The notes below the pieces were generated by a model that was given only the letters and a program-made list of their open reading frames with translations, was not told where the DNA came from and ran no database searches. Made by a program: the position numbers and the translations under genes. 61,736 nucleotides of DNA from Synechococcales cyanobacterium VAR_4_metabat_354. GTDB taxonomy: Bacteria; Cyanobacteriota; Cyanobacteriia; Cyanobacteriales; Chamaesiphonaceae. Of this stretch, positions 40,802-50,842 are shown piece after piece (position 1 is the first letter of the stretch; every line of letters begins with the position of its first letter). Where the stretch lies: the NCBI GenBank assembly GCA_031414775.1, contig JANOQI010000034.1:1-61736 (forward strand), given 5' to 3'.

Positions 40802-41931
40802 ACATTCAGATAGTTTTCGGCGATCAATAAAATGCGTTGGGAAGCTTGACCGTCACCAAAAGGATTAATGGCATTAGCCATTTGCTGATAAATCAATGGA
40901 TTATTTAACAGTTCTGCTGCTGTCGAGGCTATTTTGTCACTATCAGTTCCGACTAACTTAGCAGTGCCACCCTCGATCGCTTCCGGTCGTTCGGTAGTTT
41001 CTCTTAAAACCAAGACTGGTTTACCCAAGCTCGGGGCTTCTTCTTGAAGACCGCCAGAGTCCGACAGTACCAGATGACAACGCTGGATCGCGCCTACTAG
41101 TTGCGGATAATCCAGTGGCTCAGTTAAAAAGACCCGAGGATGATCACCCAGAAGTTTTTGGAGCGGCTCGCGCACAGTAGGATTACGATGCAAAGGCAAC
41201 AGCAAAGCGGTATCAGAAAATTGCTCTAGAATTTTCAAAAATCCCTGGGCAATATTCTGGAGCGGGGCACCCCAGTTTTCACGACGATGTACCGTCGCCA
41301 AAATGGTGCGATATTTTGACCAATCTAAACCAGGAATCGGGCAATTGGGTTGTTGGGCAGCTACTGTCAATAGCGCATCAATAACGGTGTTGCCAGTGAG
41401 GTGAATCTCGCCGGTCACTGATGATTTCTGGAGGTTAGCTACTGACAAATCCGTAGGCGCAAAGTGCAGTTGCGCGATTTGCGAAATTAGTCGCCGATTA
41501 GCTTCTTCCGGGTAAGGATCGAACAGATGATCGGTACGGAGACCAGCTTCGACATGTCCGATCGGGATTTGCTGATAAAAGGCGGCTAAAGCGGCAGCAA
41601 AGGCAGTGGTGGTATCACCTTGCACAATCACCAACTGCGGTTGAATTTCTTTAAATAGCTTTTCCAAACCCTGCAAACTGCGCTGGGTAATATCGGTCAG
41701 GGTTTGTCCCTGTTGCATAATGTCTAAATCTCGATCGGCTTTGATGCCAAAAATATCCATGACCTGCGCCACCATTTCACGGTGCTGACCAGTCAGCACC
41801 ACTTGAATCTGGAAGTGCGGCGACTGTTGGAAGGCTTTGATCACCGGAGCGAGTTTAATCGCTTCCGGTCGGGTACCAAGGGTAAAGCAAACTGAGGGTT
41901 TAGAACTATTCACGATCAATGCAAGATTCAC
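40798..41931 (-). CDS. wecB: UDP-N-acetylglucosamine 2-epimerase (non-hydrolysing)
   Basis: GTRPEAIKLAP, GQHREM, QGDTTT, HVEAGLRT, DSGGLQEEAP. Confidence 0.96.
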   Translation of the reverse strand: MNLALIVNSSKPSVCFTLGTRPEAIKLAPVIKAFQQSPHFQIQVVLTGQHREMVAQVMDIFGIKADRDLDIMQQGQTLTDITQRSLQGLEKLFKEIQPQLVIVQGDTTTAFAAALAAFYQQIPIGHVEAGLRTDHLFDPYPEEANRRLISQIAQLHFAPTDLSVANLQKSSVTGEIHLTGNTVIDALLTVAAQQPNCPIPGLDWSKYRTILATVHRRENWGAPLQNIAQGFLKILEQFSDTALLLPLHRNPTVREPLQKLLGDHPRVFLTEPLDYPQLVGAIQRCHLVLSDSGGLQEEAPSLGKPVLVLRETTERPEAIEGGTAKLVGTDSDKIASTAAELLNNPLIYQQMANAINPFGDGQASQRILLIAENYLNV

Positions 41932-42030
41932 AAACTATCCTTACCATATAGCTTTCCAGGGGCAGGGGTAAAGTTTTTCGCCAGTTTTCAGCTAAAATAG
42001 CCTACAATTCTTCGCGACAGGCTGGACTCT

Positions 42031-42333
42031 ATGCAGTTAACACCTCAAGAAAAAGATAAGCTGCTCATATTTACAGCAGCTCTACTAGCTGAAAGACGCA
42101 AGGCAAGAGGACTCCAGCTCAATCATCCAGAGGCCACGGCCTACATTACCGCCGCCATCCTCGAAGGAGCCAGAGATGGACAAACCGTGGCCGAATTGAT
42201 GACTTATGGAACTACCTTGCTCCATCGAAATGACGTGATGCCAGGTATTCCAGAAATGATTAATGAGATTCAAGTAGAAGCCACTTTTCCAGATGGAACA
42301 AAGCTGGTGACCGTCCATTCCCCCATTCGATAA
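42031..42333 (+). CDS. ureA: Urease gamma subunit
   Basis: [12 protein letters not shown]...[16 protein letters not shown]. Confidence 0.98.
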   Translation: MQLTPQEKDKLLIFTAALLAERRKARGLQLNHPEATAYITAAILEGARDGQTVAELMTYGTTLLHRNDVMPGIPEMINEIQVEATFPDGTKLVTVHSPIR

Positions 42334-42353
42334 GATAGATAGGAGCGAAGTTA

Positions 42354-42662
42354 ATGATTCCTGGTGAACTAATTATTGATGATGGCGACATTCAAATCAA
42401 CTCTGGTCGGCCGGTAACTACAATTCAAGTGGCCAATTCTGGCGATCGACCAATTCAGGTTGGTTCCCATTTTCACTTTTATGAAGTAAATCGCTTTTTG
42501 ATATTTGACAGAGAATTAGTACGCGGAATGCGCTTAAATATCCCAGCAGGTACAGCTGTCCGGTTTGAGCCAGGGGATGAGCGGGAAGTTTCTTTGGTTC
42601 CGGTCGCTGGTAGTCGGGAAGTATACGGTTTTAATGGCTTAGTAAATGGTTCACTCGATTAA
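42354..42662 (+). CDS. ureB: Urease beta subunit
   Basis: [30 protein letters not shown]. Confidence 0.98.
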   Translation: MIPGELIIDDGDIQINSGRPVTTIQVANSGDRPIQVGSHFHFYEVNRFLIFDRELVRGMRLNIPAGTAVRFEPGDEREVSLVPVAGSREVYGFNGLVNGSLD

Positions 42663-42698
42663 GTCCTAAGTTCAAAATAATAGTTATTCGAGATTTTT

Positions 42699-44423
42699 AT
42701 GACCTACCGCATGAATCGCCGCGCCTATGCTGAAACCTATGGACCAACCGTTGGCGACAGGGTACGCCTGGCTGACACCGAGCTGATTATTGAAGTGGAG
42801 CGCGATCTAACTACCTACGGTGAAGAAGTCAAATTCGGGGGTGGCAAAGTGATTCGGGATGGTATGGGACAATCACCAATTACTAACGCTGATGGGGCAG
42901 TGGACACCGTAATCACCAATGCCTTGATCCTGGACTGGTGGGGCATTATTAAAGCTGATGTTGGTATTAAGGAAGGAAAGATTGCCAAAATCGGCAAAGC
43001 GGGCAATCCATACATTCAAGATGGCGTTGATATTATTATTGGCCCAGGCACCGAAGTAATTGCTGGCGAAGGAAGTATCCTCACGGCGGGAGGAGTTGAC
43101 ACCCACATTCACTTTATTTGTCCCCAGCAAATTGAAGTAGCGATCGCATCCGGTATTACCACGATGATTGGCGGGGGGACTGGTCCAGCGGCGGGTACCA
43201 ATGCCACAACTTGTACACCGGGACCCTGGCATCTGCACCGAATGCTAGAAGCAGCCGAAGCGTTCCCAATGAATATTGGTTTCTTAGGTAAAGGCAATAC
43301 TAGCCAACCAGCAGCTTTGGTAGAACAAGTGCAAGCAGGAGCGATGGGACTCAAACTCCACGAAGATTGGGGCACGACTCCCGCTACGATCGATACTTGT
43401 TTGAGCGTAGCCGACGAATATGATGTGCAGGTGGCGATTCACTCCGATACCCTCAATGAAGCCGGGTTTGTGGAAGATACGATCGCGGCCTTTAAGCACC
43501 GCGTAATTCACACTTATCACACCGAAGGTGCCGGGGGCGGCCATGCGCCCGACATTATTCGGGTTTGTGGCGAGAGCAATGTCTTACCCTCTTCTACCAA
43601 TCCCACTCGCCCCTATACCCTCAACACTCTCGATGAACATCTGGATATGTTGATGGTTTGTCACCATTTAGATCCCAGCATTCCAGAAGACGTAGCTTTT
43701 GCCGAGTCCCGGATTCGCCGAGAAACGATCGCAGCGGAGGATATCCTCCACGATTTGGGGGCTTTTAGTATGATTTCTTCTGATTCCCAAGCCATGGGGC
43801 GGATTGGAGAGACGATTATCCGCACCTGGCAAACTGCTCACAAAATGAAGACCCAGCGCGGTTGGTTAGCCGGTACTGGAAATGTGGAAAATCTGGATCG
43901 CAATGATAATTTTCGTGCCAAGCGGTACATCGCCAAATACACGATCAATCCAGCAATTACCCACGGGATTGCTAATTATGTGGGATCGATCGAAGAGGGT
44001 AAAATCGCCGATTTATGTCTGTGGAGACCAGCATTCTTTGGCGTTAAACCAGAGATGGTAATTAAAGGTGGATCGATCGCTTGGGCGCAGATGGGCGATG
44101 CTAATGCCAGTATTCCCACACCTCAACCAGTGCACATGCGCCCGATGTTTGGTAGTTACGGTGGGATGGTGAGCAAAACTGCGCTGACATTTGTATCACA
44201 AGTTTCCCATGAAGATGGAATCGGCGAAAGATTAGGTCTGAAAAAGCAGGTAGTGCCTGTCGCTAATACTCGTAAATTATCCAAGCGCGATATGAAGCTC
44301 AATGATTTGCTTCCACAGATGGAAGTCGATCCGGAGACCTATGAAGTTAGAGCCAACGGGGAACTACTGACTTGCGAACCAGCAACAATATTGCCAATGG
44401 CACAAAGGTATTTTCTGTTCTAA
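42699..44423 (+). CDS. ureC: Urease alpha subunit
   Basis: [43 protein letters not shown]. Confidence 0.99.
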   Translation: MTYRMNRRAYAETYGPTVGDRVRLADTELIIEVERDLTTYGEEVKFGGGKVIRDGMGQSPITNADGAVDTVITNALILDWWGIIKADVGIKEGKIAKIGKAGNPYIQDGVDIIIGPGTEVIAGEGSILTAGGVDTHIHFICPQQIEVAIASGITTMIGGGTGPAAGTNATTCTPGPWHLHRMLEAAEAFPMNIGFLGKGNTSQPAALVEQVQAGAMGLKLHEDWGTTPATIDTCLSVADEYDVQVAIHSDTLNEAGFVEDTIAAFKHRVIHTYHTEGAGGGHAPDIIRVCGESNVLPSSTNPTRPYTLNTLDEHLDMLMVCHHLDPSIPEDVAFAESRIRRETIAAEDILHDLGAFSMISSDSQAMGRIGETIIRTWQTAHKMKTQRGWLAGTGNVENLDRNDNFRAKRYIAKYTINPAITHGIANYVGSIEEGKIADLCLWRPAFFGVKPEMVIKGGSIAWAQMGDANASIPTPQPVHMRPMFGSYGGMVSKTALTFVSQVSHEDGIGERLGLKKQVVPVANTRKLSKRDMKLNDLLPQMEVDPETYEVRANGELLTCEPATILPMAQRYFLF

Positions 44424-44464
44424 TGTGAGAAAATTAAAAAATCAGACTATCTCAAATTCTCAAC

Positions 44465-45217
44465 TTAAACCGCCAAAAATTTTTGCACCACATCTTTGCT
44501 CAATTCCGCTGTTGAACCCGAGGCCACAATACCGCCTTTTTGCATCGCATAGTACCAATCCGCTTGACGCACAAAGTGTAAATGTTGCTCTACCAGCAAC
44601 ACCGAAATCCCCGTATCACGAACAATTTGTTTGACAGCAGCTTCGATTTCTAAAATAATCGAGGGCTGAATGCCTTCGGTGGGTTCATCTAGCACTAAGA
44701 GACGCGGATTTCCCATCAAAGCTCGAGCGATCGCTAGCTGTTGTTGCTGACCCCCACTGAGATCGCCACCCATCCGCCCCAGCATTTGCTTCAATACTGG
44801 AAACAGCGTAAAAACACTGTCTGGGATAATATCTTGGGGCTTACGTCCACTTGGACGAGCTTCCATTCCCAGCAACAAGTTTTCGGCCACGGTCAGGCGC
44901 GGTATCACCTCTCGTCCTTGAGGAACATAGGCGATACCAGACTTAGCTCGTCGATCAGTAGCTACTTTATTGATTAGCTGACCTGCAAAATAAATTTCAC
45001 CACTACGCGGCGGGAGTAGACCCATAATAGTTTTGAGCAGGGTGGTCTTGCCCACCCCGTTGCGACCAATTAAACAAATAATTTTGCCAGGAGCCACACT
45101 CAGATCGACATCCCGCAGAATATGACTCTCGCCATAATAAACATTCAGATCCCGCACATCAAGAATCGGCGTGACAACAGCTTCATCGTTGCTGGCAGCA
45201 TGAAAGATTTCAGACAT
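44465..45217 (-). CDS. urtE: Urea ABC transporter ATP-binding subunit
   Basis: GRNGVGKT, LSGGQQQQLAIARAL, DEPTEGIQPS; last gene of urt operon. Confidence 0.95.
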   Translation of the reverse strand: MSEIFHAASNDEAVVTPILDVRDLNVYYGESHILRDVDLSVAPGKIICLIGRNGVGKTTLLKTIMGLLPPRSGEIYFAGQLINKVATDRRAKSGIAYVPQGREVIPRLTVAENLLLGMEARPSGRKPQDIIPDSVFTLFPVLKQMLGRMGGDLSGGQQQQLAIARALMGNPRLLVLDEPTEGIQPSIILEIEAAVKQIVRDTGISVLLVEQHLHFVRQADWYYAMQKGGIVASGSTAELSKDVVQKFLAV

Positions 45218-45964
45218 TTATTGCTCCTCGCTGCCTAAATATACGGCAATAACCCGGTGGTCTGTTTGCACGGTATCCATATTGCCCTCACACAACACCG
45301 TCCCTTCATGAAGAACAGTAACTTGCTGGGCGATCTGACGGACAAATTCCATATCGTGTTCGATAACTATCACCGAATGCGTTTTCGCTAGCTGCAAGAG
45401 TAAATCCCCCACCTCAGCGGTTTCTTCATCAGTCAAACCAGCCACTGGCTCATCCACTAGCAATAGCTCTGGTGACTGTGCTACCAACATCCCAATTTCT
45501 AGTCGTTGCTTTTCACCGTGAGATAATAGTGCCGCTGAGAGATCGGCTTTGGCCGCTAATCCCACGGTATCGAGCAGCAATACGATATCCCGCTGGGATT
45601 GGTTGGATGTTTTACCCCACAGGGTCGAGAAAAGATTTTTGTTGGGATTGCCGGCCAGATCCAAGTTTTCGCGCACGGTCAGCTGCTGATAGACACGAGG
45701 AGTTTGGAACTTGCGCCCGATTCCCATCCGGGCGATCTGGTGCTCAGAATAGGAACGGAGGTTTTGGCCTTTGAACCGCACTTGACCACTAGTGGGTTTA
45801 ACTTTGCCAGTAATAGTGTCCAGGAAAGTGGTTTTTCCCGCACCGTTAGGGCCAATGATTACGCGCAGTTCGCCAGATTGAAGGGTGAAGTTTAGATCGT
45901 TTAAAGCTTTGAAGCCATCAAAACTGACTGTTACATTCTCAATTTCCAAAATATTTTCGGTCAT
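45218..45964 (-). CDS. urtD: Urea ABC transporter ATP-binding subunit
   Basis: VSFDGFKAL, GPNGAGKT, GRKFQTP, LSHGEKQ; probable ATG 45964. Confidence 0.95.
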   Translation of the reverse strand: MTENILEIENVTVSFDGFKALNDLNFTLQSGELRVIIGPNGAGKTTFLDTITGKVKPTSGQVRFKGQNLRSYSEHQIARMGIGRKFQTPRVYQQLTVRENLDLAGNPNKNLFSTLWGKTSNQSQRDIVLLLDTVGLAAKADLSAALLSHGEKQRLEIGMLVAQSPELLLVDEPVAGLTDEETAEVGDLLLQLAKTHSVIVIEHDMEFVRQIAQQVTVLHEGTVLCEGNMDTVQTDHRVIAVYLGSEEQ

Positions 45965-45965
45965 T

Positions 45966-47108
45966 TTATTGATCCTCCATGGTGCGCTCACTTTGTAGTG
46001 ATTCATCCAAATCCACTTGGGGATAAGTGTGCAACTGTCTTTTACCTGTCAGTTTTTGCAGTAATTCATAACCATCTCGCCGCCCCCAGCCCACGATCCC
46101 ATCCGGAAGGGCGGTGACAACTAATAAAAACAGTCCACCTTGGAAAAATAGCCAGACTGCCGGAAATTGTTCGCTGAGAATACTTTTGGCAAAGTTGACG
46201 ATGATTGTGCCGATAATTGCGCCGATGAGCGTGCCCCGGCCACCTACGGCGACCCAAATCACCATCTCGATCGAAGCACCGACATCCATTGCTTTGGGGG
46301 TAATAATACCCGATTGGACGGTAAACAGCGCCCCGGCAACTCCAGCTAAAGCCGCTGAAATAGCTAGCACCAACACTTTAAAACCGGTGGGATCGTAACC
46401 AGAAAACCGGACACGTGGTTCGTCATCCCGGATCGCTACTAACAAACGGCCAAATCGGCCACCGGTTAGCCACCGACAGAGCACGTAAGCTCCTACTAGA
46501 CCAAATAAGCTGAGCAAATAGAAAATCCACTGGACTTCGATCGAACTCACCATCTCACCAAAAATTTTGGTATTGTCGGTTTTTAAGCCATTGGTGCCAT
46601 TAATCCACTTTTGCTGACTGTTGAAAATATTGAAAAAGATAATCAGCGCGGCTTGGGTCAAAATCGAAAAATATACGCCCCTAATCCGGTTACGAAAAAC
46701 AAAGTAACCAACTAGGGCGGCGATTAAGGCCGGAATGATCACAACAGCAGCGATTGTCAGCGGTAGCGAACCAAAAGGCTGCCAAAACCAAGGTAGTTCG
46801 GTGACTCCATTGGCATTGAAAAAGTCTGGCAATGGATCAGTTTGCAGCAACAGGAACATGGCAAAGGCATATCCACCGAGGGCAAAGAAAATACCATGCC
46901 CTAGACTGAGCAAGCCGGTGTAGCCCCAAATTAGATCAATACCTAGAGCCGCAATCCCCAGCGCCATAAAGCGCCCTAGTAAGCCCACCCGAAATCCTTG
47001 TCCGATCGCATACAAAAATTGAGGAATCACAAAAATCAGCAGAGCCATACAGACAGCAATAATGCTTGCTTCTCGCCACCACTGGTTTTTAAATAGTTTG
47101 AGCAGCAT
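45966..47108 (-). CDS. urtC: Urea ABC transporter permease
   Basis: DLIWGYTGLLSLGHG, GVYFSILTQA, SIEMVIWVAVGGRG. Confidence 0.95.
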   Translation of the reverse strand: MLLKLFKNQWWREASIIAVCMALLIFVIPQFLYAIGQGFRVGLLGRFMALGIAALGIDLIWGYTGLLSLGHGIFFALGGYAFAMFLLLQTDPLPDFFNANGVTELPWFWQPFGSLPLTIAAVVIIPALIAALVGYFVFRNRIRGVYFSILTQAALIIFFNIFNSQQKWINGTNGLKTDNTKIFGEMVSSIEVQWIFYLLSLFGLVGAYVLCRWLTGGRFGRLLVAIRDDEPRVRFSGYDPTGFKVLVLAISAALAGVAGALFTVQSGIITPKAMDVGASIEMVIWVAVGGRGTLIGAIIGTIIVNFAKSILSEQFPAVWLFFQGGLFLLVVTALPDGIVGWGRRDGYELLQKLTGKRQLHTYPQVDLDESLQSERTMEDQ

Positions 47109-47119
47109 GGGTTTTTCTC

Positions 47120-48253
47120 CTAGTTATCCACCGTGCGGCCTTTTTGGGGAAATAACCCCGCTGGCCTGGCCTGTAGAAAAATGAAAATCGCAGCAAACAC
47201 CATTACTTTAGCCATACTAGAGTTCGAGAAGAACTTAAAAAAGTCGGCTAATGGTGGTGCCCAGCCAAGTAAGGGCGCAAAAGCATCGGCAGCAATTAAG
47301 TAGTTAGCAATACCCAGGGTCATGGCCGCTACGATCGATCCCACTAATTTACCGACACCACCAACCACTACCACCATAAAAGCATCAATAATATAGCCCA
47401 TCCCGGTATTCGGGTCAGTAGAACCGAGTAAGGTGACAGCAACCCCGGCAATTCCGGCTAATCCCGAACCAAGGGCAAAAGTGAGGGCATCCACTCGATC
47501 GGTGGGAATACCCAGACAAGCACTCATTTCTCGGTTTTGAGTTACGGCGCGCATCCGCAAGCCCCAAGTTGATTTATTCAAGAATAAATATACCGCCACC
47601 ACACAAATGATCGTCAGACCAATGATAAATAGGCGGGTAGCTGGTAACCGGTCGGTACCAACATCAATGCCGCCCAGTAACCAAGTAGGAGCAGTAAGGT
47701 TCACACCTTGAGCACCAAACCACGGTCTGGCGAGGGAGCCAGTAATTAAGTTACAGGTTGCAATAGCGATGGCTGCATAAACTACAGTTAAGATCGATCG
47801 ACCGAGTTTAGAGATACCTGTAAACCTCTGCCAGACGGCATTGCCACCAAAAAATAATAGACAGAAGATCGCCAGACCAGCGATGAATTGCCAGCTCACG
47901 CTTCTGACAAATTGCTGCAAAATCAAGCTCACTCCCCAAGTAGCCAGCAAGGTCTCTAGGGGTCTGCCGTACAAATGCCTCACCACTAAGCGTTCTAATA
48001 GTAGTCCAAACAAACCCACCACCAGAAAAGCAGCTACTAGCGCGGGGAAAATATAAAAATCAGCGAGCGGCGTTCCCTTGCAAATATTCTGAACGACGAA
48101 GGTGGTATAGGCACCAATCATCATCAGTTCGCCATGCGCCATATTAATTACGCCCATCAGCCCAAAAATAATCGCCAGCCCTAAGGCGGCAATGAGCAAG
48201 ACTGAGCCAACGCTGATCCCACCAAAGAGGTTACTAACAATGCCAGATAACAA
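47120..48253 (-). CDS. urtB: Urea ABC transporter permease
   Basis: FGLMGVINMAHGE, RPLETLLATWG, RAVTQNR. Confidence 0.95.
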   Translation of the reverse strand: MLSGIVSNLFGGISVGSVLLIAALGLAIIFGLMGVINMAHGELMMIGAYTTFVVQNICKGTPLADFYIFPALVAAFLVVGLFGLLLERLVVRHLYGRPLETLLATWGVSLILQQFVRSVSWQFIAGLAIFCLLFFGGNAVWQRFTGISKLGRSILTVVYAAIAIATCNLITGSLARPWFGAQGVNLTAPTWLLGGIDVGTDRLPATRLFIIGLTIICVVAVYLFLNKSTWGLRMRAVTQNREMSACLGIPTDRVDALTFALGSGLAGIAGVAVTLLGSTDPNTGMGYIIDAFMVVVVGGVGKLVGSIVAAMTLGIANYLIAADAFAPLLGWAPPLADFFKFFSNSSMAKVMVFAAIFIFLQARPAGLFPQKGRTVDN

Positions 48254-48321
48254 TTTTTTGCTCCTGTGAAATGAGTAAAAGTGAGATGACCGATCTCACC
48301 TTGGACATCTAGATTGTTGTT

Positions 48322-48374
48322 GGTTTCGGCTACACTCAACCAACTTAAACCGCAGGTTGAGCGCAGCCGAAACC
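48322..48374. repeat. Inverted pair of short dispersed-repeat units forming a stem-loop between urtA and urtB
   Basis: GGTTTCGGCTACACTCAACC...GGTTGAGCGCAGCCGAAACC, 20-bp arms with two mismatches; resembles cyanobacterial small dispersed repeats. Confidence 0.7.
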
Positions 48375-48390
48375 GGAGCAAGTCCAACTC

Positions 48391-49716
48391 TTAGGCTTTT
48401 TTGTACTTGCCACCTTTAGCCGGATCGCTCCAATCACAGGCATAACCTTTCGTAGCGGCTATGTACTGATTCCACGGCACTGGCTCCACCGCTGTGGGAG
48501 TGGAGTTGACGATTTCAAATAAGCCATCTTCTTTGACTCTACCAATCCGCACAATCTTAGAAATATGGTGATTAGCATTCATGACAACTTTACCGTTGGG
48601 TGCTTCAAAAACTTGGCCGATTGCTGCTGCCCGCACCTTGGCTAAATCATCATAGGTCTTAGCTTTCTCGACGGCCTGTTTCCAAAGATAGACCATGGTG
48701 TAAGCCGCTTCCATCGGGTCATTAACCACTCGATCGGCACCATACTTAGCTTTAAAAGATTCGACAAACTTCTTACTAGCTGGTGTATCAACGGTTTGGA
48801 AATAATTCCACGCTGCAAAATGACCTTTCAGATATTGTGATCCGATCGCCTTCACTTCTTCTTCGGCAATACTTACCGACATCGTGGGATACTTCTCTGG
48901 AGTCATCCCAGCTCCTTGTAGTGCCTTGAAGAAAGCCACGTTGGTGCTGCCATTGAGCGAATTGTAAATTACGCCGCCATTGGGCATGGCTGTTTTAATC
49001 TTAGCAATGACGGCACTAACTTCGTTGTCACCCAACTTAATGTATTCTTCGCCCACCGACTTGCCCTTTTTAGCAGCCAATTGCGCCTTGATAATGGAGT
49101 TGGCAGTTTGGGGAAATACGTAGTCGGAACCGACCAAAAAGAAGGGCTTGCCGGGATAGTTTTTCAGCAACCAGTCCACCGATGGTTCAATCTGCTGGTT
49201 GGGAGCGGCACCAGTATAGAAGACGTTTTGCGAACATTCTTGTCCTTCGTACTGCACCGGATACCAGAGCATATGCTTTTTGCTCTGAAAAGTTTGGAGT
49301 ACAGCTTGGCGGCTAGAGGAAGTCCAGCAACCAAAAACGGTAACAACCTTGTCTTGATCAATTAGCTTTTTGGCTTTTTCGTTAAAGGTATTAGGGTCAG
49401 AAGCACCATCTTCAACAATCGGAATAATTTGCTTGCCCAATACGCCGCCTGCTTTGTTGATTTCTTCGATCGCCAACTTTTCAGCATCAATCACGCTATT
49501 TTCAGAAATCGCCATAGTGCCGCTAGACGAATGCAAAATACCCACCTTAATGCCGTCACCAGTTGGTGATATAACACTGGCACTGGGTGAAGCAGCTGTC
49601 GGTGAAGCACTAGGAGTCGTAGTAGTACTGGTAGGGGCGCAGGCTTTGAGTAGGATACTCCCTGCAGCAGTAGAACCCAAAATCAGAATCTCGCGTCGCC
49701 GAAATTTTCTAGTCAT
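48391..49716 (-). CDS. urtA: Urea ABC transporter substrate-binding lipoprotein
   Basis: RRRE.. signal with LKAC lipobox, GILHS.SGTMAISE, FGCWTS.SR, YPVQYEG.ECS, GAAPNQQ. Confidence 0.97.
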   Translation of the reverse strand: MTRKFRRREILILGSTAAGSILLKACAPTSTTTTPSASPTAASPSASVISPTGDGIKVGILHSSSGTMAISENSVIDAEKLAIEEINKAGGVLGKQIIPIVEDGASDPNTFNEKAKKLIDQDKVVTVFGCWTSSSRQAVLQTFQSKKHMLWYPVQYEGQECSQNVFYTGAAPNQQIEPSVDWLLKNYPGKPFFLVGSDYVFPQTANSIIKAQLAAKKGKSVGEEYIKLGDNEVSAVIAKIKTAMPNGGVIYNSLNGSTNVAFFKALQGAGMTPEKYPTMSVSIAEEEVKAIGSQYLKGHFAAWNYFQTVDTPASKKFVESFKAKYGADRVVNDPMEAAYTMVYLWKQAVEKAKTYDDLAKVRAAAIGQVFEAPNGKVVMNANHHISKIVRIGRVKEDGLFEIVNSTPTAVEPVPWNQYIAATKGYACDWSDPAKGGKYKKA

Positions 49717-49823
49717 TAGTTTTAAATCACTCCTCTAAAAATTTAATTGAATTTGGTTAAGCTTTACCGCTCTAAAAACTTTAAATGCTTAACAACATTG
49801 TAGATCGGGCGATATTACCAGCG

Positions 49824-49866
49824 ATATTAAGGGGAAGCAAAATTCATTTTTGTATATCACAATACA
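49824..49866 (-). promoter_or_regulatory. NtcA-activated promoter of urtABCDE
   Basis: TGTA-tatcacaa-TACA (GTA-N8-TAC at 49852-49865); on the minus strand a TAATAT -10 box (49829-49824) follows after exactly 22 nt. Confidence 0.88.
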
Positions 49867-49905
49867 CTTCAATATGATTCGTTAGACAATTCAGAATGTT
49901 ACGAT

Positions 49906-50523
49906 TTATACATAATGGACTGATAAATTTGCTTGCCGATCGATAAAAGACAGCACCTCTCCTAAACCCTCTGCTGTCTTCAGATTGGTAAATACATAGG
50001 GCTTATCGCCGCGCATCTTCAAAGCATCCCGATCCATCACCTCTAGACTGGCACCGACATAGGGCGCTAGATCGATCTTATTAATCACCAGCAAATCGGA
50101 CTTGGTAATACCGGGCCCACCTTTGCGCGGAATTTTGTCACCACCGGCCACATCAATCACATAAATAGTGGCATCGACTAGCTCGGGGCTAAAGGTAGCG
50201 GCCAGGTTATCGCCACCACTCTCCACAAAAATCAAGTCGAGATTGGCAAAGGTTTTTTCGAGTTGTTCGATCGCGGCAATATTCATAGAAGCATCTTCCC
50301 GAATCGCAGTGTGGGGACAGCCACCAGTTTCTACCCCCAGAATGCGGTTTTGGTCTAAGGCTCCGGCTCGGACTAAAAATTGAGCATCTTCTTGGGTATA
50401 AATATCGTTAGTAACTACTGCTAGTTGATATCGATCGCGCAACTGTTTGCAAAGAGCTTCTAGCAAAGCTGTTTTTCCCGAGCCAACCGGTCCTGCTACT
50501 CCAATCCGAAAAGGTGAACTCAT
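49906..50523 (-). CDS. ureG: Urease accessory GTPase
   Basis: [40 protein letters not shown]. Confidence 0.98.
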   Translation of the reverse strand: MSSPFRIGVAGPVGSGKTALLEALCKQLRDRYQLAVVTNDIYTQEDAQFLVRAGALDQNRILGVETGGCPHTAIREDASMNIAAIEQLEKTFANLDLIFVESGGDNLAATFSPELVDATIYVIDVAGGDKIPRKGGPGITKSDLLVINKIDLAPYVGASLEVMDRDALKMRGDKPYVFTNLKTAEGLGEVLSFIDRQANLSVHYV

Positions 50524-50615
50524 GAGCTAACTCCGCCAGAGAAGGCTGTATTATATCGCATGAGTCATGCTAGCAATTGCTAGTCTCCATTTACAACTAC
50601 ATGCGGTATGTTGTA

Positions 50616-50788
50616 CAATACTCCGGACATATTTCGATCAAATTTTAAGCCTCAAACCCTTATCCAGTCTTAATCAAGATATTTAATTCAATGTCAGGGG
50701 TAGAGCTAACCTTGAAAAAATAGCCTAATCCTTGAAGGGAAACCCTGAAAGCCTTATGGAATCATTGAAAAAAGTGTCCGGAGTATTG
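50616..50788. mobile_element. MITE, 173 bp
   Basis: Perfect 14-bp TIRs CAATACTCCGGACA / TGTCCGGAGTATTG flanked by direct repeat TTGTA (50611-50615, 50789-50793); no transposase ORF. Confidence 0.88.
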
Positions 50789-50842
50789 TTGTAACAACTT
50801 GCATAATAAAACTTGTAGCCAAAATATCGAGTCTGGGACAGT

